A stretch of DNA of 62,952 nucleotides, counting the filler, from Chrysochromulina tobinii (taxonomy: Eukaryota), in assembly GCA_001275005.1 (NCBI GenBank). It is 4 parts of 4 records of this genome, joined end to end, with 100 filler letters (N's around TTAATTAATTAA, not from the genome) between each part and the next. Parts side by side here need not be neighbours in the genome. Positions count along the whole stretch, not along the records: positions 20,966 to 49,921 come from JWZX01001367.1; 3 more parts are not named here. One strand, written 5' to 3'. The translations under genes were made by a program, and so were the position numbers. Position 1 is the stretch's first letter. The number at the start of each line of letters is the position of its first letter. Below the pieces are notes generated by a model that saw nothing but the letters and a program-made list of their open reading frames with translations, ran no database searches and was not told where the DNA came from. Positions 34,601 through 46,600 of this stretch are shown here, piece after piece.

Positions 34601-37600
34601 GTCTCGACTGTCGCTGGCTGCGAGTCCAGGTCCTGCACAAAAGTACCGTCAGGCCTTGTTGCTGCTGCAGGCCCGGCGGCTGCCTTAGTCGACGCTGGCT
34701 CGTCCGGCATCCCTGCCTTCTTGCGGCGCGAAGTTTCCGGAGCATCCTTGCGAGGCGTTGCCATCGGCGCGTCAGGGTCGCGGCCCTTGTCAGACAGCTT
34801 GAAGAGGCCCAACGCCGGCCGCGCCGTGCTCTCTCCCGCGGCAGCAGCTTCCTCCTTCTTGTCCTTAGCTCCGCGCGCCGTGAGCGCGGCGATTCCCGTC
34901 GATGCCAACACTGGCCGTACAATCTCGCCCGCGGAGCTCGGAGGCTCAGCCGCGTCGCTCATGCTATCAATGAGCTTCTCGATTTCTGGGGGGAGCACCA
35001 CGGTGAGCGTTTGTCCCTCGCCCAGCTGCCGCATGCGCCAGCACGCCTGCGTGTGGTCGCGCATCACCATGCCCTTGCCAATTGTCACCGCGGCGCGCGC
35101 ATCAGCAGCCTGCTTGATGTCCATGCCCGTCGTGTGCACTTGGTCATAAAAAGTGAAGCGCTCGCTGAGCGAAATGCTCACGTTGGCGAGCGGCGTCGCC
35201 GGCCCGCCGCCTTTGAGAACCACCATCTGCCTGTCCTGCGGGTCGAGGAAGACCGCAGCCTTCGCCCATTTTAGGCCGTGCGTCAGGCAGTACCTGGCCA
35301 CCTCCTCGTTGGTGAAGCCAGTGACGAGTGCGCCCGTGTCGATGAAGGCGTGGAAGGGTGGCGACGCGAGCGCCACCCACAGGAGCAGGTCCTCCACGCT
35401 CCATGGGTGAGCGATGTCTTTCAGACGCTGGAGAGTCACGTACTTCGGCGACGTGAGCACGTTGATCATGTTGGCGTCCGAGCCCTTTTGGACGCGAATA
35501 CCTCCCTCTCGCTCCTGCATATCTTTCGGCACGAGGCTCGAAGGCGTGCCCGAAAAGCCAACGACCCTTTTGAAGAGATTGGATCCGAGGTCCATGCCGC
35601 ACGCCGAGAGCTTCTCGACCGCGTAGCCGCCGCCGCCCTCCACGTTGCGCTGCGTCAGCCTGAAGCAGTACTGGTCAAGGTAAAAGCAGATAAGTGACGG
35701 CTCTCTGTGGAGCAACTTGGACAGTTGCGCCACCTGCTTCTCGTCGCCCACCCGGATGTGGTTGAGCGCGAGCTCGCCCGCAGCTCCAGGAACGACCTCT
35801 TCTTCGCCGTGGGTGCGCTTCCACCGCTCCTGGCCCAGCTTGATCCAGCGGTCGAAGCGCACCCACTGCGGGCGCTTCGACTCCTCGCCTGTTGAGCGGT
35901 CGAAGTCGAGGCGCTCCTGCTTGACAAGGGCGGCCATGTCGTAGCGCTCGCGCAGCCCCTCGATACGGTACGCGGCTACCGTGAGTCCGATGACCACGTC
36001 GGGGTTGGAGAACTCAGCGGCACGCGACGGCGCGTCCTTGCCGACAAATGGGACGGCGAGCAGCTCGCGCGACTTGCGGCGGATCTCAAGGAGCTCCTCC
36101 CTGATCGGGTTTTCTCTCTTACCGGTACGCTGCTCCTTCTCATCGAACTCTAGCTGCTGGATGCGGATGGCGTCCTGCTCCTGCAGCAGACCAAAGTCGA
36201 CGCGGATGCGCTTACCCAGCACGTGCGGCAGTAGTGAGACGAGATAGAGCTTGCACAGATTGAGCAGCGCGAGTGCCTGCTTGTCGACGATTTGGCGCAT
36301 GAAGTCGTCAAAATCGCCCGGGTTGATCTCGCCGGTCGTCATGTACGTAACCACTCCATCCCCAAGGTCGAGCGCCCCCGAATGCGCTATCTTGGCCGCT
36401 TTCACTTCCTTCTGGACACAAGCCTGTGCCAAGTACCACAGACAGCACCACCGCCCAAGCGGCTTACGCATCTGCTTCTCGTAGAATGTCTTCTGGAGCA
36501 GCACGAGGTGTGGCAAGCGCGCGATGCTGCTCTCCACACTGCCCGCCTCGATGCATTCTTGCAGCTGTTTGAGGATAAGTGGCGCCTCATTCGCTGGATC
36601 CTCGAGGTGGTGATGCAGCGCTTCTTCCTTGCGCCACGCGAGCTCCGCCATCGGGTCATTCTCGAGCGCGGCGTACACGCCGTCGAACAGGTGAATCGGC
36701 AGCAGCCAGCGCAGCTGGCCGTTGTCCTCGTCTAGCGCGTCCTCCTCTTTGCCGCCCTTGGCGCCCTCGCTCTCCGCCTCGGGGATGCGCATCAGTTGTA
36801 GCTCGACCTTCTTGCCGATGGGGAAGTTGAGCTCGGAGCGCAGCGGGTGCAACACCATGTCGACCTCGTCGATGAGTGCTGTCGCGCCTTGGAAGATGCA
36901 CAGGATGCGCTGGATCACGTCCGCCTCGTCGGAGCGGGTGCGCATCGCCAACGCGATCTTGTCGACGCTCGCCCGCTGCTGCTTCTCGAGCTTGAGCGCG
37001 CTCTTCGGCAGGAAGAAGAGGCGCGGTGCACGCTCCTCGAGGTGCATCCGATCGAGGAACGAGAGGAAGATCGACTTGATGGCGCCGGGCGTCGTGCACA
37101 CGACGCCGCCCTGATCGCATGCGATGCTGAGCCGCCGCTGGATGCCGCGCAGGAGCTTAATCATGTCAGCACCTGCGGCCGCGCGTTCGAAGGCGAACGA
37201 GACGATGGGCTTGACGATGGTCGTTCCAAAGGCGTTGCGCATCACGCTGATGCTCATGTTGAGCAACGCGTCCGGGACGATCTGCACGACCAATCGGGCG
37301 CCACTCGAAACGCCCGCCGTCGCGCTGCCGTCGCTGGGTGCGCTCTCGGACCCGCCGCCGCCGCCGAGGAGCAGCGCAAGCAGAGGTGCCACCACTGTGG
37401 TCTTGCCGGAGCCCATCAGGAACTGCTGGCAGCACGACTGCCCATTCTTCCACTGCTCTGCCATGCCCTTGATCATCTCCACCTGCTCTTTGCGCAACAT
37501 AAACTTTGCGGCAAACTCAAACGCCAGGAAGCGCGGGTCGAAGCTCACACTCTCGGAGCTGCCATACTTGCGCACCACGTCGTCCGTGGCCCCATCCTGC

Positions 37601-40600
37601 TTGACAAACCAGCGTTTCGTGCGCAGGCTTGCCGCGAGCGTGCCCGCCTTTTGGGCAAGCACATCGATCTCTGCCTTTGTGGGCGGCAGGGCGTTCGATA
37701 TAGCGCTTCCGATATCGAGCGGCACGCCGTTCCAGCACACCCCACGCTTGGTGCATCGGACCGCCTCCATCAATTCCTCCGCGCTCATCACATGCATGCC
37801 CGCGAGTAGTGCCCACGAGGCCGGGGAGATGGTGATGGAGGCGGTCTGGGTGGTCGCGGTGGTGGCGGGGTTGGAGGAGGTTTTTCCGGAGGTGGAGGTT
37901 AGGGCAGTGGCCTGGGCGTCGGCGTCGACGGTGGTGAGGTTGGTGGGGACGGAGGAGGGGATGACGGTGGGGGCGAAGGCGGCGGCGGTCGTGGGGGAGG
38001 TGTTCTCGATCGGTTCATGCTTCACGCTGATCGCGCCGGTGTCAAAGCCACAGCCGTGCACCAGGAGGTACGCCGCGTGCCCCGCCTCCTCTTCACTGAA
38101 CGAGCTCACCTCTTGCAGTTCCACCGCCAGCTTCTTAATCGCCTCCGTTAGTTGAATGAGCCCGCCAAGCGCCTTGAGCACGTCGCTGCCGTGCTTCCGA
38201 AGTGAGTGCTGCAGCAGCTCGGCCGTCGGCGCGCGAGAGGCGGGGCACGTGGCTGCAAAGCTCGCGGCGAGCAGTCGCATGCACATCTTGCTCGTCGTCG
38301 CCTCAAGGTCGTCGCAGCCGCCGGCACACGCGCCCAGTAACCGCAGCCGACAGCCACGAAGCTGGCATGAGATGATCTCGGCGTTGAGCTCTGGCATGCG
38401 CTTGCACAGCTCAGGGTCAACCATCCTCAGGTCAGCTTCCTGCGTCGAGGAGAGCATTGAGGCGAGTAGGCGCTCAAACGAGGGACGCACGGCACGCTGG
38501 CTGAGAAGCAGCAGCGTCTGCGTTGTGCTGTTGCTGTCAGCGCGGCTGCCGATTTCTTCCACGCGCGCCAGCGTCTGCGTCGTGCTGCCGCTGTCAGCGC
38601 GGCAGCCGATTTCTTCCACGCGCGCCACGCCGCGCGCCATTGCAGCCGTCTCCTTGCGAATCGTCTGGCTGAGCTGCACGCTGAGTCGCACGAGCCGCTC
38701 GTGAAAGCGGGCGAGCGCCTGGCTGGCCGCGTTCGGGTCGCTGACTGGTTTGCTTGGCGCCGTGCTTTGCTTTGCTTGGCGCTCAATCACTTGCACGTGG
38801 TCAGAAAGCTGCTCCAGCTCGATTTGCGGGAGCCCCTTTAGCTGCACCCTCGGCCGCGGGTCCTCCGCCTTTTGTTTCTGCTCGTATTCGAGGTCAACGA
38901 CTAAGGATTCGACTAAGCGCTGGTCCGGCAGCCCAGGCGCTCGTCGACTGTCATACTCATTGTCACCTGGGTCTTTCTTCTTCGGATAATCTTCATGGAA
39001 GCGCGTGCTCCATATATTCTTTAGCTCGCTGACAAAGGGCGTCTCGAGTTGCGACTCCGCCTCAACCACCCTTGCCTGCTCCTCTGTGTGCTCGTCCGCA
39101 AACGCGTGGAGGGGTTCCTTCACCTCTTGGAGGGTGAGGCGAGCGTCGGCGGGTCGCGGGAGCTCCAGCAAGGCCGAAGCATTAGCACTTTCGGACACCT
39201 GGATATTCACTGGCCGGATGTCGTGGCGGCTCAGCTTCACGTAAACATCCTTCTGGCTCGTCGCGCGTTCGAACCTGCTCAACACCTGCTGCTGCTCCTC
39301 GGTCAGGGCGGCTTCTTCCTCGCCACCTTCTTCCTTGCCTCCTTCTGGCGCGCGTTCATCCTGCTTGACCCCCGGCGCCTCCTGATTGTCGTCATCTGCC
39401 ACCGTCTCCACAGTGGGCGCCGCCGCCGCTGCCCTCTCCGCAGTGCCAAAATCGCCAAAAAAGCGCTGGGAAAATTGGCGGAGATCGGCGAGCATGCCCG
39501 TCTGCTGGACCTCGCCACCTTTTTCCTTGCCACCTTCTTCCTCGCCACCTTTTTCCTTGCCACCTTCTTCCTCGCCAGCTCCTTCCTTGCCACCTTCTTT
39601 TCCCACGCCAGCTTCTTCCTCGCGGAGCAGCGCCACCATTCTGGGCGTCTCGCGGAACAGGATCTGGAAGAAGGTAAAGGCTTGCCCCGCGTCCACGCGC
39701 AGCCCTGCCGTCGAGTCCAATGCCGCGACGTTGCGCGCCACTGGAAAGAGAGGCAGCGTATGCATAAGCTTGCGGCCAGCGTCGAACTGCATCACCTCGA
39801 CCAACACCGAGAGCAGCGCCACGAGGCCCTCGTGATTTTCGACCGTTGCATCGCCTTGGTCCACGAGCGAGCGCATGAGTATCTTGCAGAGCACCATCTT
39901 CAGCACGCTCAGATTCTCGGCGGGAACGGCTGCCGTAGGGTCAGAGGACGACGTTCTGCTCTCGTCGAGGTCGAGGGGGTGTACGACCACCGAGGGTATG
40001 ATGTCAGCGCTCTCGTCTTCGTAGCTGTGCTCCATTCCAGGATACTGCTCTGCCTCACTGGGCGCGGTGGCCGGCTCAGGCTCCTCAGAGGTCTTATCAA
40101 AGGTCTCCGACAGACGCAGCCGACAGCGGCCGGTGACGAGGCCGTACAAGTACGGAAAGCCCATTTGCACGTGACGTTGCCAAAGACCATCATTTTGGAG
40201 CATCTTGAGAAGGTTGACCATCTGCTGGCGGGATGAGGTGGGCTCAGCTGTGGTCGGCGTGAATCTAAGTGCTTCAGGCCAACATTCTGTCTGATTGTAG
40301 CCCTCAACTGTCGCTGCCCTCGACCGCGAAGGCAGCTCCTTGGTGACATCGCGATCGGCTATCTCCTTGGCGTCCTTCTGGTTCGGAGCAACAGGCCCGA
40401 TGCCCTCCGTCTTCGTCTTCGCAGGATCTTGCATCTCGAGGGGATCCGACGTGCCCTTCCGGCTGACAGCAATCACGCGGAATGTGTACGAGACTTCTCG
40501 TTGCAGTACTTCCGCCATGTCGCCGCCGCCCAGCAAGAAACTCGTCGTGGTCTGCCACACGACGACAGGCTTCTCGCCCCTCTTCTCCTTCTCGACCCCC

Positions 40601-43600
40601 TTCTCGCCGCCCTTGCGCCCCTTGCGCACCATCTCCAGCTCGCTCAGCGTATTGATCCACACGTGCGCGTCGCCAGATTCGGTACCCACCACTCTGTGCT
40701 CAATGATGTAGCCCTCCACAGGGGCTATCTTGACCAACACGGGCTTGTAAAACTGGCCGTCGCAGCCTTTGATAAACTGGCCAGCCTTGAGGCTCCCCAC
40801 GCGAAACTTTTGCCACTCGGACGTGGTGAATTCGTTGTGCGATGGAAGCTCTCGACACAGTTCGTCGTTATGCAGCTCGAGATCCTCCGCGGCACTTGGC
40901 CGTGAGGTGCCGATTGCCTCCCACCACAAACCAGACGGTGTCTCGGCCGCCGGCTGGTCCCATGCGAGCATGATGCAATGAGTCTCGCGTCGTGCGATGC
41001 GCAATTTCATCGGCGGGCCCGGAGGTCCCTCCAAAAAGTGTGCTCGAGCGTTGGCCAGAATCTTGGGACAGCGCGAGATCCACTCGCGCCAAAAGACGCC
41101 GCCGTTTGCACGCGGTTCGAGCTCCCTATTCCGCCGCTGGAACTCGCCGCCGGCCGTCCGGGCAGGAGGGATGGGAAGCGACTCGGATGTCTTGTCGCTC
41201 TTGAGCAGACGCAGCTCGGCCTTGATTAGCTCCTGCCGCCCCAACATACCCAACCACTCACAGAGCAGCAGCTCGTGCTCAGGCTCGACGAGGCATTCGG
41301 GCGAGACGTCTTTGATTCCGATCACGTACCGCATGTATATTGTGCGTATGCTGTTGCCTTGCAATGCGGCGATACTGACCGTACGCCAAAAGCCATTCTC
41401 GAGGCACGCGAGGATGAGGGGCATGATGCACGCGATCCCGTCTACCGCGATATGAGAGCTCTCCTTGAAGTTCAAGATCTCAACCACGAGGCCACCCTCG
41501 ATCTGATCATCGTACGGCACGTCCTTGAACGCGGCCTTGATCAGTGGCGGCACGGCATTGTACTCGCGCGTCATGAGGCGAAGGTGAGCCAGATGGAGCG
41601 CGGCGGCCACCGACGTGATGCGTAGATGGCTACCCGAGACGTGCAGCGGGTACAGAAAGTAAGAGACCGGATCGCCCGCGTGTGGATGCGCGTTGATACT
41701 GTAGACAGGCGTCCTGAACCCGACGTGGCTCTGCCGGCCGATGGCATACGTGTAGGCGAAATGGTAGTCCGTGCTCAGCTTGCAAAAGGGAATCAGTCTC
41801 TGTTCCAACTTGAGCAGTGGCAGCAGGAGAAAATACTCGTGCTCCGAGTTCGTGAGCCACACGCCGTGGCGCAGCCGTTGAATGTGCTTCTGCAGCGCGG
41901 GCTGCTCGCAGTCTTCCACGAGCCACATGCTCGTGAGCTCGTCGCACATGATACGCAGGCTCGGATCCGACGCCCCTGGCTCCCACACCATCGTCGGTCG
42001 AAACGTAAGTTCGTGGCGAGGGATTTGAATGCTGTGCAGCCTGCAGCCCTCGCCATCAGTCGGTTCGGCCGCGTCCGTCCAGAAGAGCATCTCGGTCTGC
42101 GGCACGAGGCGTACGAGCACCCGCAGCAGCCGCTGTGCCGTCGAGTGCGGAGGGCAGCGGAGCACGTTGAGCAGCGTGAGCACTGGCGGCTCGTTGTCGC
42201 GCTGAAAGTCACGCCGCACGGGGTCGAAGCGTCGGATTCGGCGCACGGTTGCAGCGTTGCCACTGCTATCGAGCACAATGTGCAGTGCGAAGCCGTCGTA
42301 CCACTCTTTACGATAGACCGATTTCATGCTCTTGCTAGCATGGATTTCCTCATCGTCGCGCGACTGGAGCGCGGCCGTCATGCGATAGCCCCACAGCGTG
42401 CGCGGCCCCGCGAGCCAGAATTCGAAGGAGCGTGTCAGCACACCCGGTAGCAGCCCATCGACGAGCCTGGGCGGCACGTACTGCAGATGCAGCCACAACT
42501 CGTCCTCGGAGAGGTGGGACAGATTGGCGCTACAAAGGGCTTTCATGTCAGCGGTCCGCTGCACGTCCGGGCGTGTGCAGCGCAGGCCCACATGTCGCAG
42601 GCTGGAGCGCTGTTGAGTGCGGGGATCCACGTCAGGGTCCAGGAGTTCGCCGGTTGGTTTGTAGAGGATGCCAAAGAGAAAGCCGCCCTCGTGGCGCAGG
42701 CCGGGGAGGATGGGCTCCCCGTTTGAACCCGCTTGCGCCAGGTAGCACGTGTGCCCAAATAGGCACGCCTCCTTGTTTGAGGAATACACGCTGAGACGCG
42801 AGAAGGCCTGCTGGCCACACGGCACCAGCGCACGCACGATGAAGTCCGGACGCGCACTCTCTGGCTGCGCTGAGGGCGGGCCGACCTCGTACAGCATGCC
42901 GGGGTTGCCATCGGCATGGTCGCCAAAGGCGGGCATGTACATGAGCAGCGGCATCTGAGCGTCAGGGCAGTAGAAGAGCAGCAGCTTCTCGAGCAGATCT
43001 TGCAGGTCGCCCGGCTGGGCGCGCGTGTATCGCAGCTTGCGCCAGAAGAGAAGCATCCACGGCTCGCGCGAGGGAGCGTCGGCTTCGGCCGACACGTTGC
43101 CACCATCCGTGGGCTCATTTGCTGCCGTGCGCTCGGGCTGCAGCACGGAGACGGGCTGAAAGAGGCGGCCACAGAAGCGCAGCCCCTCCTTCTCTTGCGC
43201 GAGCAAGGGTGGTGGCAATCCCGGAGTGAGCGCACGCTCGTCTAGCCCGCCGAGGATCCACGGGCCGCTCGTGGAGGAGGATGCTGCCTTGCTGCCCTTC
43301 ACCTCGCGACGTCGCTCGCGTTGCTTGGCGAGCGCGTCGAGGGCCCCATGGTGGAGGAGGTGCGCGAAAAGCTGACGCTCTGCAGGCAGCGGCAGCACCT
43401 GCTCGGGCAGTGACGCGGCCAGCGCTTGACAGTTGGCAACGTCAACGAGGAAGCAGAGCCCATTCGGCTTGCGGCTCACTCCGAGGTGCGCTAGCGTCTC
43501 GAGGCAGCGCGTGCGCAGGGCGGCGGCGTCCTTCTTGTCGATGTGAAGATCGCGCAGTGCGTCGATCGTGCGCGAGAGAACGCCACGCAGCTCGGGCTCG

Positions 43601-46600
43601 CTCCCGCAATGCGCGGCGGAGGTGGCGCCTTCGAGCGCCTCCAGCTCCTCACCCAGCTTGGCGAGCTCCTGACGTGCCCTGATCGCGTTGGGCAGCTCCG
43701 CCGGCTTGGTCTTGTACGCGAACGCGTCGATGAGCGCCCCATCGGTCCGGCGCTTGATCTGAAGCCATTCGCCCTCCTCATTGCTCCCCATGGTCGAGCA
43801 GAACATCGCGCCCCAGCCCATCGCCGCCCGGAAGTCCTCATGGCTTGCGACCTTCTCCGGCACTGGGATGAGCGCGCGGCCGTTGATCGTCACCTCGCCC
43901 GTCTGCAGCGAGACCCGCAGCTGGTTCTTTCGCTCTTCGTAGATCCCGCCGATCGCCATGTTCTGGAGGCGCTGCCGCTCGCGCCTCCCGTCGGCCTTGA
44001 GCGACTCGAAGTTCGAGTCGAGGTACGCGCGTGCGCGGTGGTAGTCGTTGTCGCTCGCCTTGAGCGCCATGCGGCAGGCGAACAGCGCGTCGTCCTCCTC
44101 GCCGTCGTCCTCCTCGCCGTCGTCCTGCTCGCCCATGCCCTCGTCAGCGTCGAAGGGCTTACTGTTGGCGCCGTGGTGGACGGCGAGCAGCTGACGCGCG
44201 CTGCCCTCGCTCACCGGCGCCTGAGCGGTGAAGTGGAACCCGCGCTCGCCGATGGAGGCGTCGCTCCGGAAGTGGACGAAGACGTGATCGTCCGGGACGA
44301 CAAGAGCGCTCACGCCGTTCACCCCTGGCCAGCCCGCGCGGCCCGAGTAGCGCCGCTCGCCCCAGTGGCTTGTGCAGCTCGCATCCTTGTAGAAGGTGAC
44401 ATAGTCGTTATCCTGCTCGAGCTCGGTGTCCTCGTGAAAGGTGATTACGATGCGGGATGCGTTTGGGAAGCGCACCTCGCGGAAAAATCTCGTTGACGGC
44501 GGATAGCGCTGCGTCCGCTTGTCGGCCGTCTCGTGCCATCCCGGGCTGTGGACGCTCTGAGAGCACGAGAGCGGTTGCGCTCCGAGCGCCTTCCACTTGT
44601 CAGTCTTCTGCCGCGCGCGGCCGCCGCCCCCCGCCTGCACGAGCTCGCCGCCTGACTGCTCGCGCTGCGCGACGCGCACAATGCGCTCGAGCATGCCGTC
44701 CAGCTTCGCCGCCTCGTTGCCTCGCTGCATGCGGCGCGCGCACGCGAGCACCGTTGAGCGGCTCTCTTGGATCGTCGCGTACACGTTGGGGAGTAACTCG
44801 GCCGGCGCGGCGTCGTGGCAACCCTTGAGCAGGTACATCAGCCAGGCCGTGTCGACGTCCACCTCTTCGATGGACGCGGATCTCATCCACTGCGCCACCA
44901 CCGCGAGCGAGGGCGAAATAGCCATCGCGGACTCGGCATCCGAGGCGGGGGATTTCGAGGCGCCCTGCTTCCTTGCGATGGCGTCGACAATAGCGTCTGG
45001 CCAGCCGCGGTGCAAGTTGCCGCGGATGAGGATGAGGTGCGAGTGGAAAACCACCGGCGCGAGCGTCTTGTTGTGCTGCTCCCCCGACGCGTGCTCGACG
45101 AGCCAGTGCTCAAGGAGCGAGGCGGCGTGGACGAGAAAGTCCTTGCGCAGTGCAGCCAGGTGCTCCGCCGTCTCGTCGAGATGGGCGGCGGCCATTGTCT
45201 TGTGTGTCTTGTGTGCAGCGCGCTTTTGCTCACTTAGGCTGAGGCTCGGATCCTCACCCTCCTCCTCCTCCATGTAGAGTGTCTCGAGCACCGCGAGCGC
45301 CGCTGCCTCCACAGTCGTTGCGAGGCGAACGAGGAACAGCAGCAGCGCCACGTACGACGAGGACGAGGGCACGACGGAGTAAGAGAGGCCCGCTTTGCAC
45401 AGGCGCAGCGTCGCGCGGAGCACCACCGCCGGCCGAAGGCGCAGCTCCCACGCCATCAGGCCGTGGGGAGTGCCGAGGCAGATGTCACGCTCAGTGCGCG
45501 GATCATCCTCGCGGAGGGGCTTGCGCTTCAGTGGCACCGATAAATCGCCGGCGTCGACGCTGGCGTCGCAAAAGGCTTCGGGCTGCCAGAGCAGCTTTGT
45601 CAGGATGAGACACAGGGAGTTGTCGAGCAAGCAGCGCGCCACCTTGTCGACGAAAAAGTCCAGCACGAGGGACAGCGAGACAAAGGGCGCGGCGAGCAGT
45701 GTGAGGAGGCTCTCCGCCTCCTGCTTCGTCAGGCTACGGAGGAAGGTCTTGGGCAGGTCACGCTTCAGTAGGATCTCGTCCTCCGTTAAACTCACATGGC
45801 GCAGCCGATGTGGGATCTCGTTCGGCTTCTTCTGGATCGCCTCCGTCTCCGCGCGAATCTGCGTCTCCGTCTGAAGTTGACACACGAGACTGGACTGCAC
45901 GCCCAGACCATCAAGTCGAAGGGTCCGCAAGTCGGAATCTAAGCCGTGCAAGCAATCGCCGTCGATGCCAGACCCGCTGCCTGTCATGAGGTAGCGTCTA
46001 CTTTTCCCAAACCAGACGGCGACGATGATTTTGTCAGCGCCATCGTTTGTTCCCACGTCATTGCAGAAGATGCCCGGAGAGACGTCGCGCGGCAGGAAAG
46101 TCGTCGTGCTCCTGACTTGTTTCATCTTTGTACATGCGACCTTCCAATCGACTCCCGCCTTAAAGAGGATGAGCATATCGCGCAGCGCATCGAACTCGGG
46201 CACGGGCACGTCGAGAAGGGCCCACTCCTGGGTGAGCTGGCGATACGTCTTAAGTGCGCCCGTGCCAGCTAACGCATTCTTGATCGGCTTCTGCCTGCTC
46301 TCGTGCAGGTACTTGGGTGGTCTAATGTCCTTGTCGTCGAGGTCGTGAACTTGGATGAGATCCATGACGATCTCTTCGATGCCGTCCTCTCGCGCGCCAC
46401 CCCTGCTGCCCACGTTGAAGTTGGTCACCCGCCCGTTTTGGCTACTCTGACCCTTTACGTCTTGGTCCTTCTCGGCGATCACGCTGAATTTCCCCATCAG
46501 CACGAGCAGCTCCTGTCCGCGCTCCTTGGTCTTGGCCGGCGAAAAGTCCGACTCGGCACCAAAGTAGCGCAGCGCAGCGCGGCGCGCGCGCAGTGCGCGC

